Source: Minisyncoccota bacterium
GTDB lineage: Bacteria; Patescibacteriota; Minisyncoccia; UBA6257; GWB1-50-10
Assembly (NCBI GenBank): GCA_041917695.1
Contig: JAYRXE010000037.1
Location: forward strand, 2,155 to 66,154
Length of the DNA stretch: 64,000 nucleotides
Direction of reading: 5' to 3'
Shown here: piece by piece, positions 50,144 through 58,660 of the stretch
Layout of the letters: each line of letters opens with the position of its first letter
How positions within the stretch are numbered: position 1 is the first letter of the stretch
Program-made: the position numbers and the translations under genes
The notes under the pieces: model-generated
Seen by the model: only the letters and a program-made list of their open reading frames with translations
Database searches by the model: none
What the model was told of the DNA's origin: nothing

Positions 50144-50217
50144 GCGGGATTCGTATAGTGGTAGTACGTCACCCTTCCAAGGTGAAGGCACGGGTTCAAT
50201 TCCCGTATTCCGCTCCA
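50144..50217 (+). tRNA. tRNA-Gly(TCC), CCA encoded
   Basis: GCGGGAT/ATTCCGC acceptor, TCACC-CTTCCAA-GGTGA. Confidence 0.93.
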
Positions 50218-50281
50218 GTTCTTTTCGGGAAGTTTGTTTTCCCGGCTTCCGCGTGATATACATAACTCCACTTAATTATTT

Positions 50282-50893
50282 ATGGACGAACAAGCAAAAA
50301 AGACCCTTCTCATACTTTCCCTCTCGCTCGTAGGCATCGTGGTGGCGCTTTCCGCGCTCGCTTTCGGTCTTCCGTACATCCAAAAGCGGGCACCGCTCCC
50401 GACAGGCTTTTCAGAATCGCGCTCACGGGCGGCAGAGATCAGCCGCGATATCGTTTCGCTTTCGAACGAGACGAACGACAAGGTGAAGGCTCTGAGCGCG
50501 CTCGATCCGAAGAAGGATAAGGCGCAAGCCACCGCCCTCGTCGCCGATGCAAAGGCGAAGAACAATGAGGCGTATGCGAAAGCCGTTGACCTTTCGAAGG
50601 AATTGGAAGGCATGTCGAATTCGTTCAAAGGCATCAAATCCCTCGACCTTCAGCGCATCATGTATGACGGCATCGCCGTAGAGATCGCGCTCGTAACGGA
50701 ATTCATCCAATACACGAAAGATTTCAATGGCTTCTTGGAAGCCGTATCCGCCTTCCTTGCCAATCCGACACCGGAGCACAAGCTTGCCGTGCAGGCGGGG
50801 GAGTCGGCGGTGAACACCCGCGTGACGAACATCAACCGCTTAAACGACGAATTCTTAAAGCGGATGGACGAGTTCGAGAAGGCACTTAAGTAG
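50282..50893 (+). CDS. membrane-anchored helical hypothetical protein
   Basis: N-terminal TM, host-like codon usage. Confidence 0.75.
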   Translation: MDEQAKKTLLILSLSLVGIVVALSALAFGLPYIQKRAPLPTGFSESRSRAAEISRDIVSLSNETNDKVKALSALDPKKDKAQATALVADAKAKNNEAYAKAVDLSKELEGMSNSFKGIKSLDLQRIMYDGIAVEIALVTEFIQYTKDFNGFLEAVSAFLANPTPEHKLAVQAGESAVNTRVTNINRLNDEFLKRMDEFEKALK

Positions 50894-50977
50894 CGCCTTC
50901 TTCGTGTTTTTTGACTAAAGCCATTTTTAGTGGCATTTTTTGTTTAGTTATTTTTTTAAAAATAGAAGGAGGCATAC

Positions 50978-51301
50978 ATGCCAAACGACTGGTTTTTGCT
51001 CGTTATTGGAAATGAGACCACTACAACATGCATGGGAGGGCACACTGAAACCGTAACGCAGGTGCATGTGGCATACGGAACCGATAAAGCAGTGAGGGAT
51101 TCCTTTACCAAAAAAGCCATTGCATTGAGAGACAGAAACAAGCAAAGGAAGCGGATCACTTTCCACGCTTCTATTAAGAGCGTCATCATCAAACGGCTTA
51201 CCAGCAATGGGGAAACTCTCCCTGAAAAAGAAATGGAAGAATTTGTAAGGGCTGCCGTAACTATGGATCCTGCGAAACTAAAGAAAGCATTAGCTAGCTG
51301 A
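50978..51301 (+). CDS. hypothetical protein (solo cassette)
   Basis: TTGACT promoter, GAAGGAGG SD, terminator 51311-51335. Confidence 0.7.
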   Translation: MPNDWFLLVIGNETTTTCMGGHTETVTQVHVAYGTDKAVRDSFTKKAIALRDRNKQRKRITFHASIKSVIIKRLTSNGETLPEKEMEEFVRAAVTMDPAKLKKALAS

Positions 51302-51474
51302 TAAGATCCCAAACTCCGCGTATGCGGGGTTTTTTATTGGGCGTAGAAATTTCACGTCGCGGGGCTGGGGAATTGAACAATTCGCCCTTTCCCGTTCAAT
51401 TCACTCCTAGTCCTAAAACCCCGATCTGAAATATCGGGGTTCGGACGAACAAATCCGCCTTCAGGCGGATTTGT

Positions 51475-51664
51475 TTTAGTCGGGCTGCTGGGAATTTCAC
51501 GTCGTCCCGCCGAAGGCGTGACTCCTTGAGAACCGAGGGTTCTCAACCGCCAGTTGGCGGTCTCTCCGACACGGAAGGGACACATCCGTTTCCCTTCCGA
51601 CCCATCCCTCGTTCAATTCCCTAATTCAACAAACGCAAACGCAGGCTGAATGCCTGCGTTTGTA
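51475..51664 (-). mobile_element. tRNA 3'-end-associated element E2 (190 bp)
   Basis: 22-bp direct repeat at 51475 and 51665; near-identical to E4. Confidence 0.8.
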
Positions 51665-51669
51665 TTTAG

Positions 51670-51740
51670 TCGGGCTGCTGGGAATTGAACCCAGTCTACC
51701 TGCTCCCAAAGCAGGCGTACTACCGGTATACGACAGCCCG
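51670..51740 (-). tRNA. tRNA-Pro(TGG)
   Basis: CGGGCTG/CAGCCCG acceptor, CCTGC-TTTGGGA-GCAGG. Confidence 0.93.
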
Positions 51741-51751
51741 ATTAATAAATG

Positions 51752-53866
51752 CTATTCCCTGTGCAGGGTCTTCGCAAACTCAGTGATGCGGCGTTTTATC
51801 TCCGGCACCGTGTCGAGGCGGGGGTCGGTGCGGAGAATCTCGTCCGCGTATTCCTTCGCGTGCTTCAAAAGGCGGGGATTCTGGAGCGCCGACATCGCCA
51901 AATCGGGGAAGCCCGATTGCGAGAGCCCGAAGAGCTCGCCCGGCCCCCGGTCTTTCAAATCATACTCGGCGAGTTCAAAACCGTTTTTTGCTTTCTCAAG
52001 ATATCGGAGCCGTTCCTGGGTTTTCTCGTCCTCCTTTTCGGTGAAGAGGAGGCAATGCGATTGGTGCATGCCTCTCCCTACGCGGCCGCGAAATTGGTAA
52101 AGCTGGGCGAGGCCGAAGCGGTCGGCGTCTTCAACCATCATGACGGTCGCGTTCGGGACGTCGATGCCGACCTCGATGACCGACGTAGAGACCAGGATGT
52201 CGATTTTTCGCGCGGAAAAGTCTCCCATCACTTTCTCTTTCTCCGCCGGCTTCATCTTCCCATGCAGCATGCCCACGCGAAGATCAGGGAAGGTTTTCTT
52301 TGCAAGCTTTTCGTACTCGAGCTTCACAGACTTCGCTTCAAGGGTCGCTTCCTCCTTTTCGGTGAGAGGAGCGGCTTCCGGAGGCTCGATGCGGGGACAA
52401 ATCACAAATGCCTGTCGGCCCGTCGCAATTTCTTTTTTGATGAATTCATATGCTGATTTCCGCTCATCCTTCGGTACGAGCCTCGTCTCAATCGGTTTGC
52501 GGTCTTTCGGCAGCTCGGTGATGAGTGAGAGATCAAGGTCTGCAAAAAGCACGAGGGACATCGTGCGGGGAATCGGCGTTGCGGACATCGAAAGGAAATG
52601 CGGCACGACTTTGCCGGTTTCAGCTTCGAGAAGCTTGGCGCGCTGGGAAACGCCGAAGCGGTGCTGTTCGTCCACGACGGCGAGCACGAGGTTTTTGAAC
52701 GCGCTCCGGCGGTTCAAGAGGGCGTGGGTGCCCACGACGATCTTCACCGCGCCTTTTTTGATTTCCTTTTCGAGCGCGGGCTTTGTCATCACGGTTTCAA
52801 GCCCTGCGCCGTAGAAGACGCGCGCTTCCGAGGCGGTGAGGAGCGCGATACCCGTTTCAAGTTCGCCGAAAAGGCGGGTGAGATTTCCGTAATGCTGGCG
52901 TGCGAGGATTTCCGTCGGCGCCATCATCGCGGCCTGGAAGCCTTTTTGGGCGGCAAGTACGGCGGCAAGCGCTGCAACGATGGTCTTTCCGCTTCCCACG
53001 TCTCCCTGCAGCAGGCGGTGCATGGGGAAGCCTCTTCCCAAGTCTTTTACCGTTTCCCACAAGGCGTGCTTTTGCGATTCCGTGAGCTCGAATGGCACGA
53101 GCTTCAAGAGTTCTTTGATCTCCTCTGTCTCTATCGGAAGCGGGAACGCTTTCTTCGCCTCTATCCTTTTTCGCTCAAGTCCCATATGGACGGAAAGCGT
53201 GAGGAGCTCCTCAAAGGCGAATCGCGCTTTTGCATGATAGGCAGCGGCAAGATTTTCGGGAAAATGGATGGCGCGCAGCGCATCTTCCCGTCCCGGCAAA
53301 TTTTCCTTTTCGAGCATCTCCACCGGCAGGGTTTCGGGTACGCGCACGTGGTTCAAGATCGGCTGAACGATGAAGCGGATGCCGCGGGAAGTCAGTCCCT
53401 TCGTTTCGCGGTAGACGGGGACGATGCGCGCGGTGTGCTTAGTGGATTCGTTTTCAGAAGGCTCGTAGAGTGGGTTGGTGAGCTGGATGCGCCCGTCTTT
53501 TTCGGTGACGCGCCCGGCGAAATTCGCGTGCGCTCCCTTGGGAAGGGATTTCGCCACATACGATTGGTTGAACCATACGATGGAGAGCTTGCCGGTGCCG
53601 TCCGAGATCCGCGCTTCCGTGATCGTCATGCGCCTCCGCCAGATCTTCCGGAGCTCGATCTTTTCAACGATGCCGCTTACCGTACAGGACGTTCCGGCCG
53701 TGAGTTCGGCAATGGGCGTGATTCGCGAAAAGTCCTCATAGCGATAGGGGAAGTGGAAGAAAAGGTCTTTCACGGTCTCGACCCCCAGTTTTTTGAGCCG
53801 CTCGGCAAAATAGCCGCGCATGGATTTCAGCTGTGCAATGGGAGTTTCGAGGGAGATGAGCGGCAT
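51752..53866 (-). CDS. recG: ATP-dependent DNA helicase RecG
   Basis: QGDVGSGKT, DEQHRFG, MSATPIPRT, QFRGRVGRG. Confidence 0.97.
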   Translation of the reverse strand: MPLISLETPIAQLKSMRGYFAERLKKLGVETVKDLFFHFPYRYEDFSRITPIAELTAGTSCTVSGIVEKIELRKIWRRRMTITEARISDGTGKLSIVWFNQSYVAKSLPKGAHANFAGRVTEKDGRIQLTNPLYEPSENESTKHTARIVPVYRETKGLTSRGIRFIVQPILNHVRVPETLPVEMLEKENLPGREDALRAIHFPENLAAAYHAKARFAFEELLTLSVHMGLERKRIEAKKAFPLPIETEEIKELLKLVPFELTESQKHALWETVKDLGRGFPMHRLLQGDVGSGKTIVAALAAVLAAQKGFQAAMMAPTEILARQHYGNLTRLFGELETGIALLTASEARVFYGAGLETVMTKPALEKEIKKGAVKIVVGTHALLNRRSAFKNLVLAVVDEQHRFGVSQRAKLLEAETGKVVPHFLSMSATPIPRTMSLVLFADLDLSLITELPKDRKPIETRLVPKDERKSAYEFIKKEIATGRQAFVICPRIEPPEAAPLTEKEEATLEAKSVKLEYEKLAKKTFPDLRVGMLHGKMKPAEKEKVMGDFSARKIDILVSTSVIEVGIDVPNATVMMVEDADRFGLAQLYQFRGRVGRGMHQSHCLLFTEKEDEKTQERLRYLEKAKNGFELAEYDLKDRGPGELFGLSQSGFPDLAMSALQNPRLLKHAKEYADEILRTDPRLDTVPEIKRRITEFAKTLHRE

Positions 53867-53973
53867 ACCCTCTAGTTTTAGCAGATTTCAGCCCCCTTTC
53901 CGAGAAAGCGCCGATGTGCTTCCATGGTGAGAGCAGGATTCACAATCTATTCTCAGAAAGGAGTTGTTGCCCT

Positions 53974-54234
53974 ATGGCACTCTGGAAATTGTTTGTATTG
54001 TTTTTTGCCGCACTCGCCATATCCATTCTTAACGGCGCATGCGGTCCGGGAGTGTGGTGCGGAAACGCGCTGCATGACCATTCGGTGCGCGCGATCCCGG
54101 GAGGAACGAATACCTTCTTCTTCAACCCCGAAATTCCCGAAGGCGAAGACCATATCGCCATTCCTGAATTCCCTCCGGAAGAATTTTTTGAGGAACCCGA
54201 TGCGATTGACGATATCGACATGAAAAATATTTGA
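53974..54234 (+). CDS. small exported/lipoprotein-like protein (solo cassette)
   Basis: hydrophobic N-terminus ending LNGAC, acidic tail; GAAAGGAG SD; terminator 54240-54262. Confidence 0.6.
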   Translation: MALWKLFVLFFAALAISILNGACGPGVWCGNALHDHSVRAIPGGTNTFFFNPEIPEGEDHIAIPEFPPEEFFEEPDAIDDIDMKNI

Positions 54235-54376
54235 ATACCAAAATCCCCCAGCGGGGGATTTTTATTCTTGCCAAATGGAAAGAGTGTGGTATGGTTTTTC
54301 ATAGCACTTCAGCGGTAACGCTGGAGATAACATACCAATTATTCATTAACTTTTAACCCAGTGGAGAAGAATCCCG

Positions 54377-54691
54377 ATGAGAAAATTAATCACTTCGGGG
54401 CTCCTTTTCCTGGTTTGCCTCTTCGTCATGGGAGTAAGCGCGTATTCGTCGGGCAAGGGCGATGTGATCGTTGGCGGGTTTGCCGATGATGATATCCTTG
54501 CCGGAATAACGCAGACAAAACCGTACGGAGAAATGCAAAACCCGGAAAAGATGTGCTCACCGCCCGAAACGGCGAACATTACCAACCCGATGGTTGGGGT
54601 CACAAAAGTTTCAGGTAATATCCAGGGTGCCGTTTCGGCAGGCGAGAGGGGGACAGAGGTGGCGTACGCCACAGAACTTGCTCTTTGCTGA
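54377..54691 (+). CDS. small secreted protein (solo cassette)
   Basis: signal peptide; TTGCCA-17-TATGGT promoter; terminator about 54757-54790. Confidence 0.6.
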   Translation: MRKLITSGLLFLVCLFVMGVSAYSSGKGDVIVGGFADDDILAGITQTKPYGEMQNPEKMCSPPETANITNPMVGVTKVSGNIQGAVSAGERGTEVAYATELALC

Positions 54692-54860
54692 AATAACATC
54701 CAGTAATGAATAAAAAAATTAAAGGCACGATGCCTTTAGGGTTTATCCCAAGAAAGAAGCGCTCTCCTATTATGTACGGAGGCGCTTTTTATTTTTGACA
54801 ATACCGCCCGCGTAGCGTACAAAGAGGCGAGTATTTCAATAATTTTAAAAGGAGGTTCAG

Positions 54861-55268
54861 GTGTTCGGTCTCAATAAGAAAGGGGCGGTGAAAGTCCTTG
54901 ATCCAAAGGCGGATTATTCAAATCTTTGGCATTTTAATGACGATTTTCACGTTATTAAGGTTTTGGATATTTCAGAAAGATTCGAATCGAAAGCGGGAGA
55001 AATCATTCTTCTTTATGGAGCGCGGGGAAGGGACACGGAAGCGTTTTTTCTAAAATTCGGTACGGGATCTACTTATTGTCCGTTAACTTCTCAATTCGAT
55101 TATTATTTGGCAGAAAGGCTATATTGGCTTGTAGATATTCTCGGCTCGGATTCTTCTTCTTTTTATGATTTTATTCAATTTCACCGCCCGCCGACGGAGA
55201 GATGGGTGCATGCCATAAGTCCTTTTTTCGGCATCACGGACAGCACGTACATGAAAAGTTACATTTAA
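54861..55268 (+). CDS. hypothetical protein (solo cassette)
   Basis: TTGACA 54795 promoter, AAAGGAGG SD, terminator 55267-55289. Confidence 0.7.
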   Translation: MFGLNKKGAVKVLDPKADYSNLWHFNDDFHVIKVLDISERFESKAGEIILLYGARGRDTEAFFLKFGTGSTYCPLTSQFDYYLAERLYWLVDILGSDSSSFYDFIQFHRPPTERWVHAISPFFGITDSTYMKSYI

Positions 55269-55363
55269 ACGCCCTCCGGGGCGTTTTTATTGCGAATTTT
55301 CCGGGGTGTGCTATAAAAAGGCCACAGTAAACCGTTTAACAAATTAATCCGAGAAAGGTACAG

Positions 55364-55621
55364 GTGACTCTGATGGCACGCATCAAAATTTCTTACCGCC
55401 ACATCGTGCGCGGCATTCTCACGATGATTTGCGGCATTGCGCTCTTTGTTTCGCTGGAACTGGCGCAAATCGCTTCATGCATGACGACACTGGAAGATAC
55501 TCATTTTTCAAATCCGCACCAGGTTGCCCCGATCGAAAGGATTGTTCCCAACGTTCAGGGACATGTTTTTCCGAAACCGACCGGGACACGGATAGAATTG
55601 CATGCACGCAGTAATTGCTGA
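55364..55621 (+). CDS. small single-TM protein (solo cassette)
   Basis: TTGCGA-17-TATAAA promoter, one hydrophobic helix, terminator 55668-55691. Confidence 0.55.
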   Translation: MTLMARIKISYRHIVRGILTMICGIALFVSLELAQIASCMTTLEDTHFSNPHQVAPIERIVPNVQGHVFPKPTGTRIELHARSNC

Positions 55622-55750
55622 TTTTGTTTCATGCTGTTACCTCTTATTAATTGTTTTACCTCCGATTGGCGCCCTCTGTGGGCGCCTTTTTCTTGAAAAA
55701 GTTCCCCGGCTATTCTAATCTAACGAAAGTCCTTCAGAAGCGGTTTTATC

Positions 55751-55823
55751 GCCCCGTTAGCTCAGTTGGTAGAGCAGTTGCCTCTTAAGCAAACGGTCCT
55801 AGGTTCGAGCCCTAGACGGGGCA
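55751..55823 (+). tRNA. tRNA-Lys(CTT)
   Basis: GCCCCGT/ACGGGGC acceptor, TTGC-CTCTTAA-GCAA. Confidence 0.93.
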
Positions 55824-55826
55824 CAC

Positions 55827-55966
55827 CGTGCATTTTATTCCAGAGCTCGAACCCGTATGGGGTCGGGAGCGGCGGAACGCTCCCGCGGAGGAATGCATGC
55901 CTGCGTAGGCAGGCATTGAAAACCGTGGGTTTTCAACTCCGTGAGATTGCCCTAGACGGGGCACAC
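55827..55966 (+). mobile_element. tRNA 3'-end-associated element E3 (140 bp)
   Basis: 18-bp direct repeat GCCCTAGACGGGGCACAC at 55809 and 55949; inverted T-arm copy 55840-55853; shared core. Confidence 0.75.
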
Positions 55967-56005
55967 TTTTCGCTTTCAATCCCTCTTCTTGTAGGATAAA
56001 CATGC

Positions 56006-56079
56006 GTCCTCGTAGCTCAACTGGATAGAGTACTTGGCTTCGAACCAAGAGGTTGCAGGTTCAAGTCCTGCCGAGGACA
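56006..56079 (+). tRNA. tRNA-Arg(TCG)
   Basis: GTCCTCG/CGAGGAC acceptor, CTTGG-CTTCGAA-CCAAG. Confidence 0.93.
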
Positions 56080-56095
56080 CCCTATTCTCAGCCGT

Positions 56096-57574
56096 ATGAA
56101 AAAAGAAGCCGATATCGCGATTCCGCGTCCCGTGGTGGATGCGGCGAGCGCCCTTATCCACAAGGGCTATCAGGCGTATCTGGTCGGGGGGTCCGTGCGC
56201 GATATGGCACGGGGCATTGCGCCGAAGGATTACGATATCGCGACCGACGCCCTGCCGGAAGATGTGCTTAAAATTTTCCCCGACGGGAAATATGAAAATT
56301 CATTCGGCACGGTCCTCGTTAAAACCGGTTCAGACGATGAAACGGTAAAGATCCTTGAAGTCACCACGTTCCGCATCGAAGGCAAATACTCCGATTTCCG
56401 CCGCCCGGATGACGTGACGTTTGCAAAGACCATCGAGGAGGATCTCTCGCGGCGCGATTTCACGGTGAATGCGCTCGCGCTCGATCTTTCGCCACAGGGG
56501 AGCGGGGAGATCGTCGACCCGTTCGGCGGAAGAGATGATTTGGAAAATGGCCTCATCCGCGCCGTCGGGAATCCCGACGACCGTTTCACTGAAGATGCCT
56601 TGCGTCTCATCCGTGCCGTGCGTTTTGCCGTCGCGCTCGATTTCGCTATCGAGAAAGAGACCTTTTCGGCCCTGGTGGGCCGCGCACCGCTACTCGAAAA
56701 AGTCGCGAAAGAGCGCATCCGCGACGAGTTCCAGAAAATCATCATGACTCCCCGCGCTGCGGATGGCGTAGTGCTCCTCGAGGAAGCGGGACTCCTTCGG
56801 TACGTGATGCCGGAACTCCGGGAGGGAATCGGATGCGCGCAGAATAAGCACCATATCTATACCGTTTTCGAGCATAACGTGAAGGCGCTCGAGTATGCGG
56901 CGCAAAAGGGCTTTTCGCTTGAGGTTCGCCTTGCGGCACTGATGCATGACATCGGGAAACCTCGCACGAAGCGTGGGCAGGGAGCTGACGCGACCTTCTA
57001 TAATCACGAGATGGTCGGCGCGCGGATGGCGAAAGAGATTCTCACGAGGCTTGCGTTTTCCTCGGCAACCATCGAAAAGGTGCGGCATCTTATCCGTTAC
57101 CACATGTTCTATTACAACGTGGGCGAGGTTTCCGCTTCAGGCGTACGCCGTTTCCTCGCGCGCGTCGGGAGCGAGCATATCGACGACATCATGCGCGTCC
57201 GCGAAGCGGACCGCATCGGCAGCCACGTGCCGAAGGCGTTCCCGTACAAATTGCGGCATCTGATGTTCATGATAGAAAAGGTCCGGCACGACCCCGTGCA
57301 TCCGAAGATGCTCGTCGTGAAAGGCGACGACGTGATGAAGTTCCTTGGCATTCCCGCCGGCCCGAAGGTGGGTCAGGTGCTTTCCGTACTCCTTGAGGAT
57401 GTACTCGACGATCCCTCGCGGAATACCCGGGAATATCTTGAGCCGCGTGTCCGCGAACTCGGAAGCCTAACCGACGAGGAGCTTGTGAAGCGGATGCAGG
57501 ATGCCAAAGAGCGCGCCCGCGAAGCCGAAGAAGAGACGGAGGAAGAAATGAAGCGGAAGTTCAAGGTACAATAA
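56096..57574 (+). CDS. cca: CCA tRNA nucleotidyltransferase with HD domain
   Basis: VGGSVRD, DYDIAT, EDLSRRDFTVNA, EDALRLIR, HDIGKP. Confidence 0.9.
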   Translation: MKKEADIAIPRPVVDAASALIHKGYQAYLVGGSVRDMARGIAPKDYDIATDALPEDVLKIFPDGKYENSFGTVLVKTGSDDETVKILEVTTFRIEGKYSDFRRPDDVTFAKTIEEDLSRRDFTVNALALDLSPQGSGEIVDPFGGRDDLENGLIRAVGNPDDRFTEDALRLIRAVRFAVALDFAIEKETFSALVGRAPLLEKVAKERIRDEFQKIIMTPRAADGVVLLEEAGLLRYVMPELREGIGCAQNKHHIYTVFEHNVKALEYAAQKGFSLEVRLAALMHDIGKPRTKRGQGADATFYNHEMVGARMAKEILTRLAFSSATIEKVRHLIRYHMFYYNVGEVSASGVRRFLARVGSEHIDDIMRVREADRIGSHVPKAFPYKLRHLMFMIEKVRHDPVHPKMLVVKGDDVMKFLGIPAGPKVGQVLSVLLEDVLDDPSRNTREYLEPRVRELGSLTDEELVKRMQDAKERAREAEEETEEEMKRKFKVQ

Positions 57575-57580
57575 GAGCAT

Positions 57581-58147
57581 ATGCGGAACGCCATCAAGAT
57601 ACTTCTTTTTGCCGATGCGTGGTGCGGTTTCGCGCTCGGTATGATCGGGCCTATTTACGCGATCTTCGTGGAAGGCATCGGCGGGAGCATCTTGGATGCG
57701 AGCTGGGCGTACTTCGCCTTCATGGTTTCGCAAGGACTCGCGCTTTTCGCGCTCGGTCACGCCGAAGACCGCACGATCCGCCGGGAGCGCTACGTGACGG
57801 GCGGATATGCGCTTATTGCCTTGAGCTGCCTGATGTACTTGGTGGTGTACGACCAAACGACGCTCGTTATCACGCAGGTCGTCGCCGGCCTTGGCGGAGC
57901 CGTGCTTTCTCCCGCGTTCGATTCGCTCTACGGCGAACACGTCGATAAAAAACATGAGGCCTCGGAGTGGGGGTATTGGGAGGGGATGGGGTATCTCGTC
58001 ACCGCCGCGGGCGCCATCACCGGGGGATACATCGCACATCTCTACGGATTTCGGACGCTTTTCCTCTACATGTTTGCCGTTTCTTTTGTGAGTGTCCTTG
58101 TTTCCCTAAATTTGTGGCGGGGCGAAAAGTATTTAGCCAATCATTAA
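57581..58147 (+). CDS. half-size (6-TM) MFS-like membrane protein
   Basis: 188 aa, six hydrophobic segments, GHAEDRTIRR motif-A-like loop. Confidence 0.75.
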   Translation: MRNAIKILLFADAWCGFALGMIGPIYAIFVEGIGGSILDASWAYFAFMVSQGLALFALGHAEDRTIRRERYVTGGYALIALSCLMYLVVYDQTTLVITQVVAGLGGAVLSPAFDSLYGEHVDKKHEASEWGYWEGMGYLVTAAGAITGGYIAHLYGFRTLFLYMFAVSFVSVLVSLNLWRGEKYLANH

Positions 58148-58152
58148 CGACC

Positions 58153-58584
58153 ATGAAAGTACGCATCAAACGGTTTGATACCGAACTTCCGCTTCCCGAA
58201 TACAAAACTTCCGGGGCAGCCGCTTTCGATTTGACCGCGCGTGAAGAAGTGACGATAGCACCCCATGTGATCGGTTACGTACCGCTAAACGTCGCCATCG
58301 AGACCCCGGAAGGATATTTTCTTCTTATCGCCGCCCGAAGCGGTACTCATAAGCGGGGACTTATGCTCTCAAATGGAATTGGGATTATCGACCCCGACTA
58401 TTCGGGGGACAATGACGAGGTGATCGCCGCTTACTTTAATTTTACGGAAACCCCTGTTATAGTGGAGCGCGGAGAACGGATCGCTCAAGGAACATTCATA
58501 AAGATCGAGAGGGGGATTTGGCAGGAGGAAAAATCCATGCCAAACAAAAACCGCGGCGGATTTGGCTCCACAGGACATAAATAA
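58153..58584 (+). CDS. dut: dUTP diphosphatase
   Basis: AAFDL, RSG, GIIDPDYSG, ERIAQG, RGGFGSTG. Confidence 0.95.
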   Translation: MKVRIKRFDTELPLPEYKTSGAAAFDLTAREEVTIAPHVIGYVPLNVAIETPEGYFLLIAARSGTHKRGLMLSNGIGIIDPDYSGDNDEVIAAYFNFTETPVIVERGERIAQGTFIKIERGIWQEEKSMPNKNRGGFGSTGHK

Positions 58585-58588
58585 TCAT

Positions 58589-58659
58589 CGGGCTGTCGTA
58601 TACCGGTAGTACGCACGCTTCGGGTGCGTGTAGACTGGGTTCAATTCCCAGCAGCCCGA
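58589..58659 (+). tRNA. tRNA-Pro(CGG)
   Basis: CGGGCTG/CAGCCCG acceptor, CACGC-TTCGGGT-GCGTG. Confidence 0.93.
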
Positions 58660-58660
58660 C

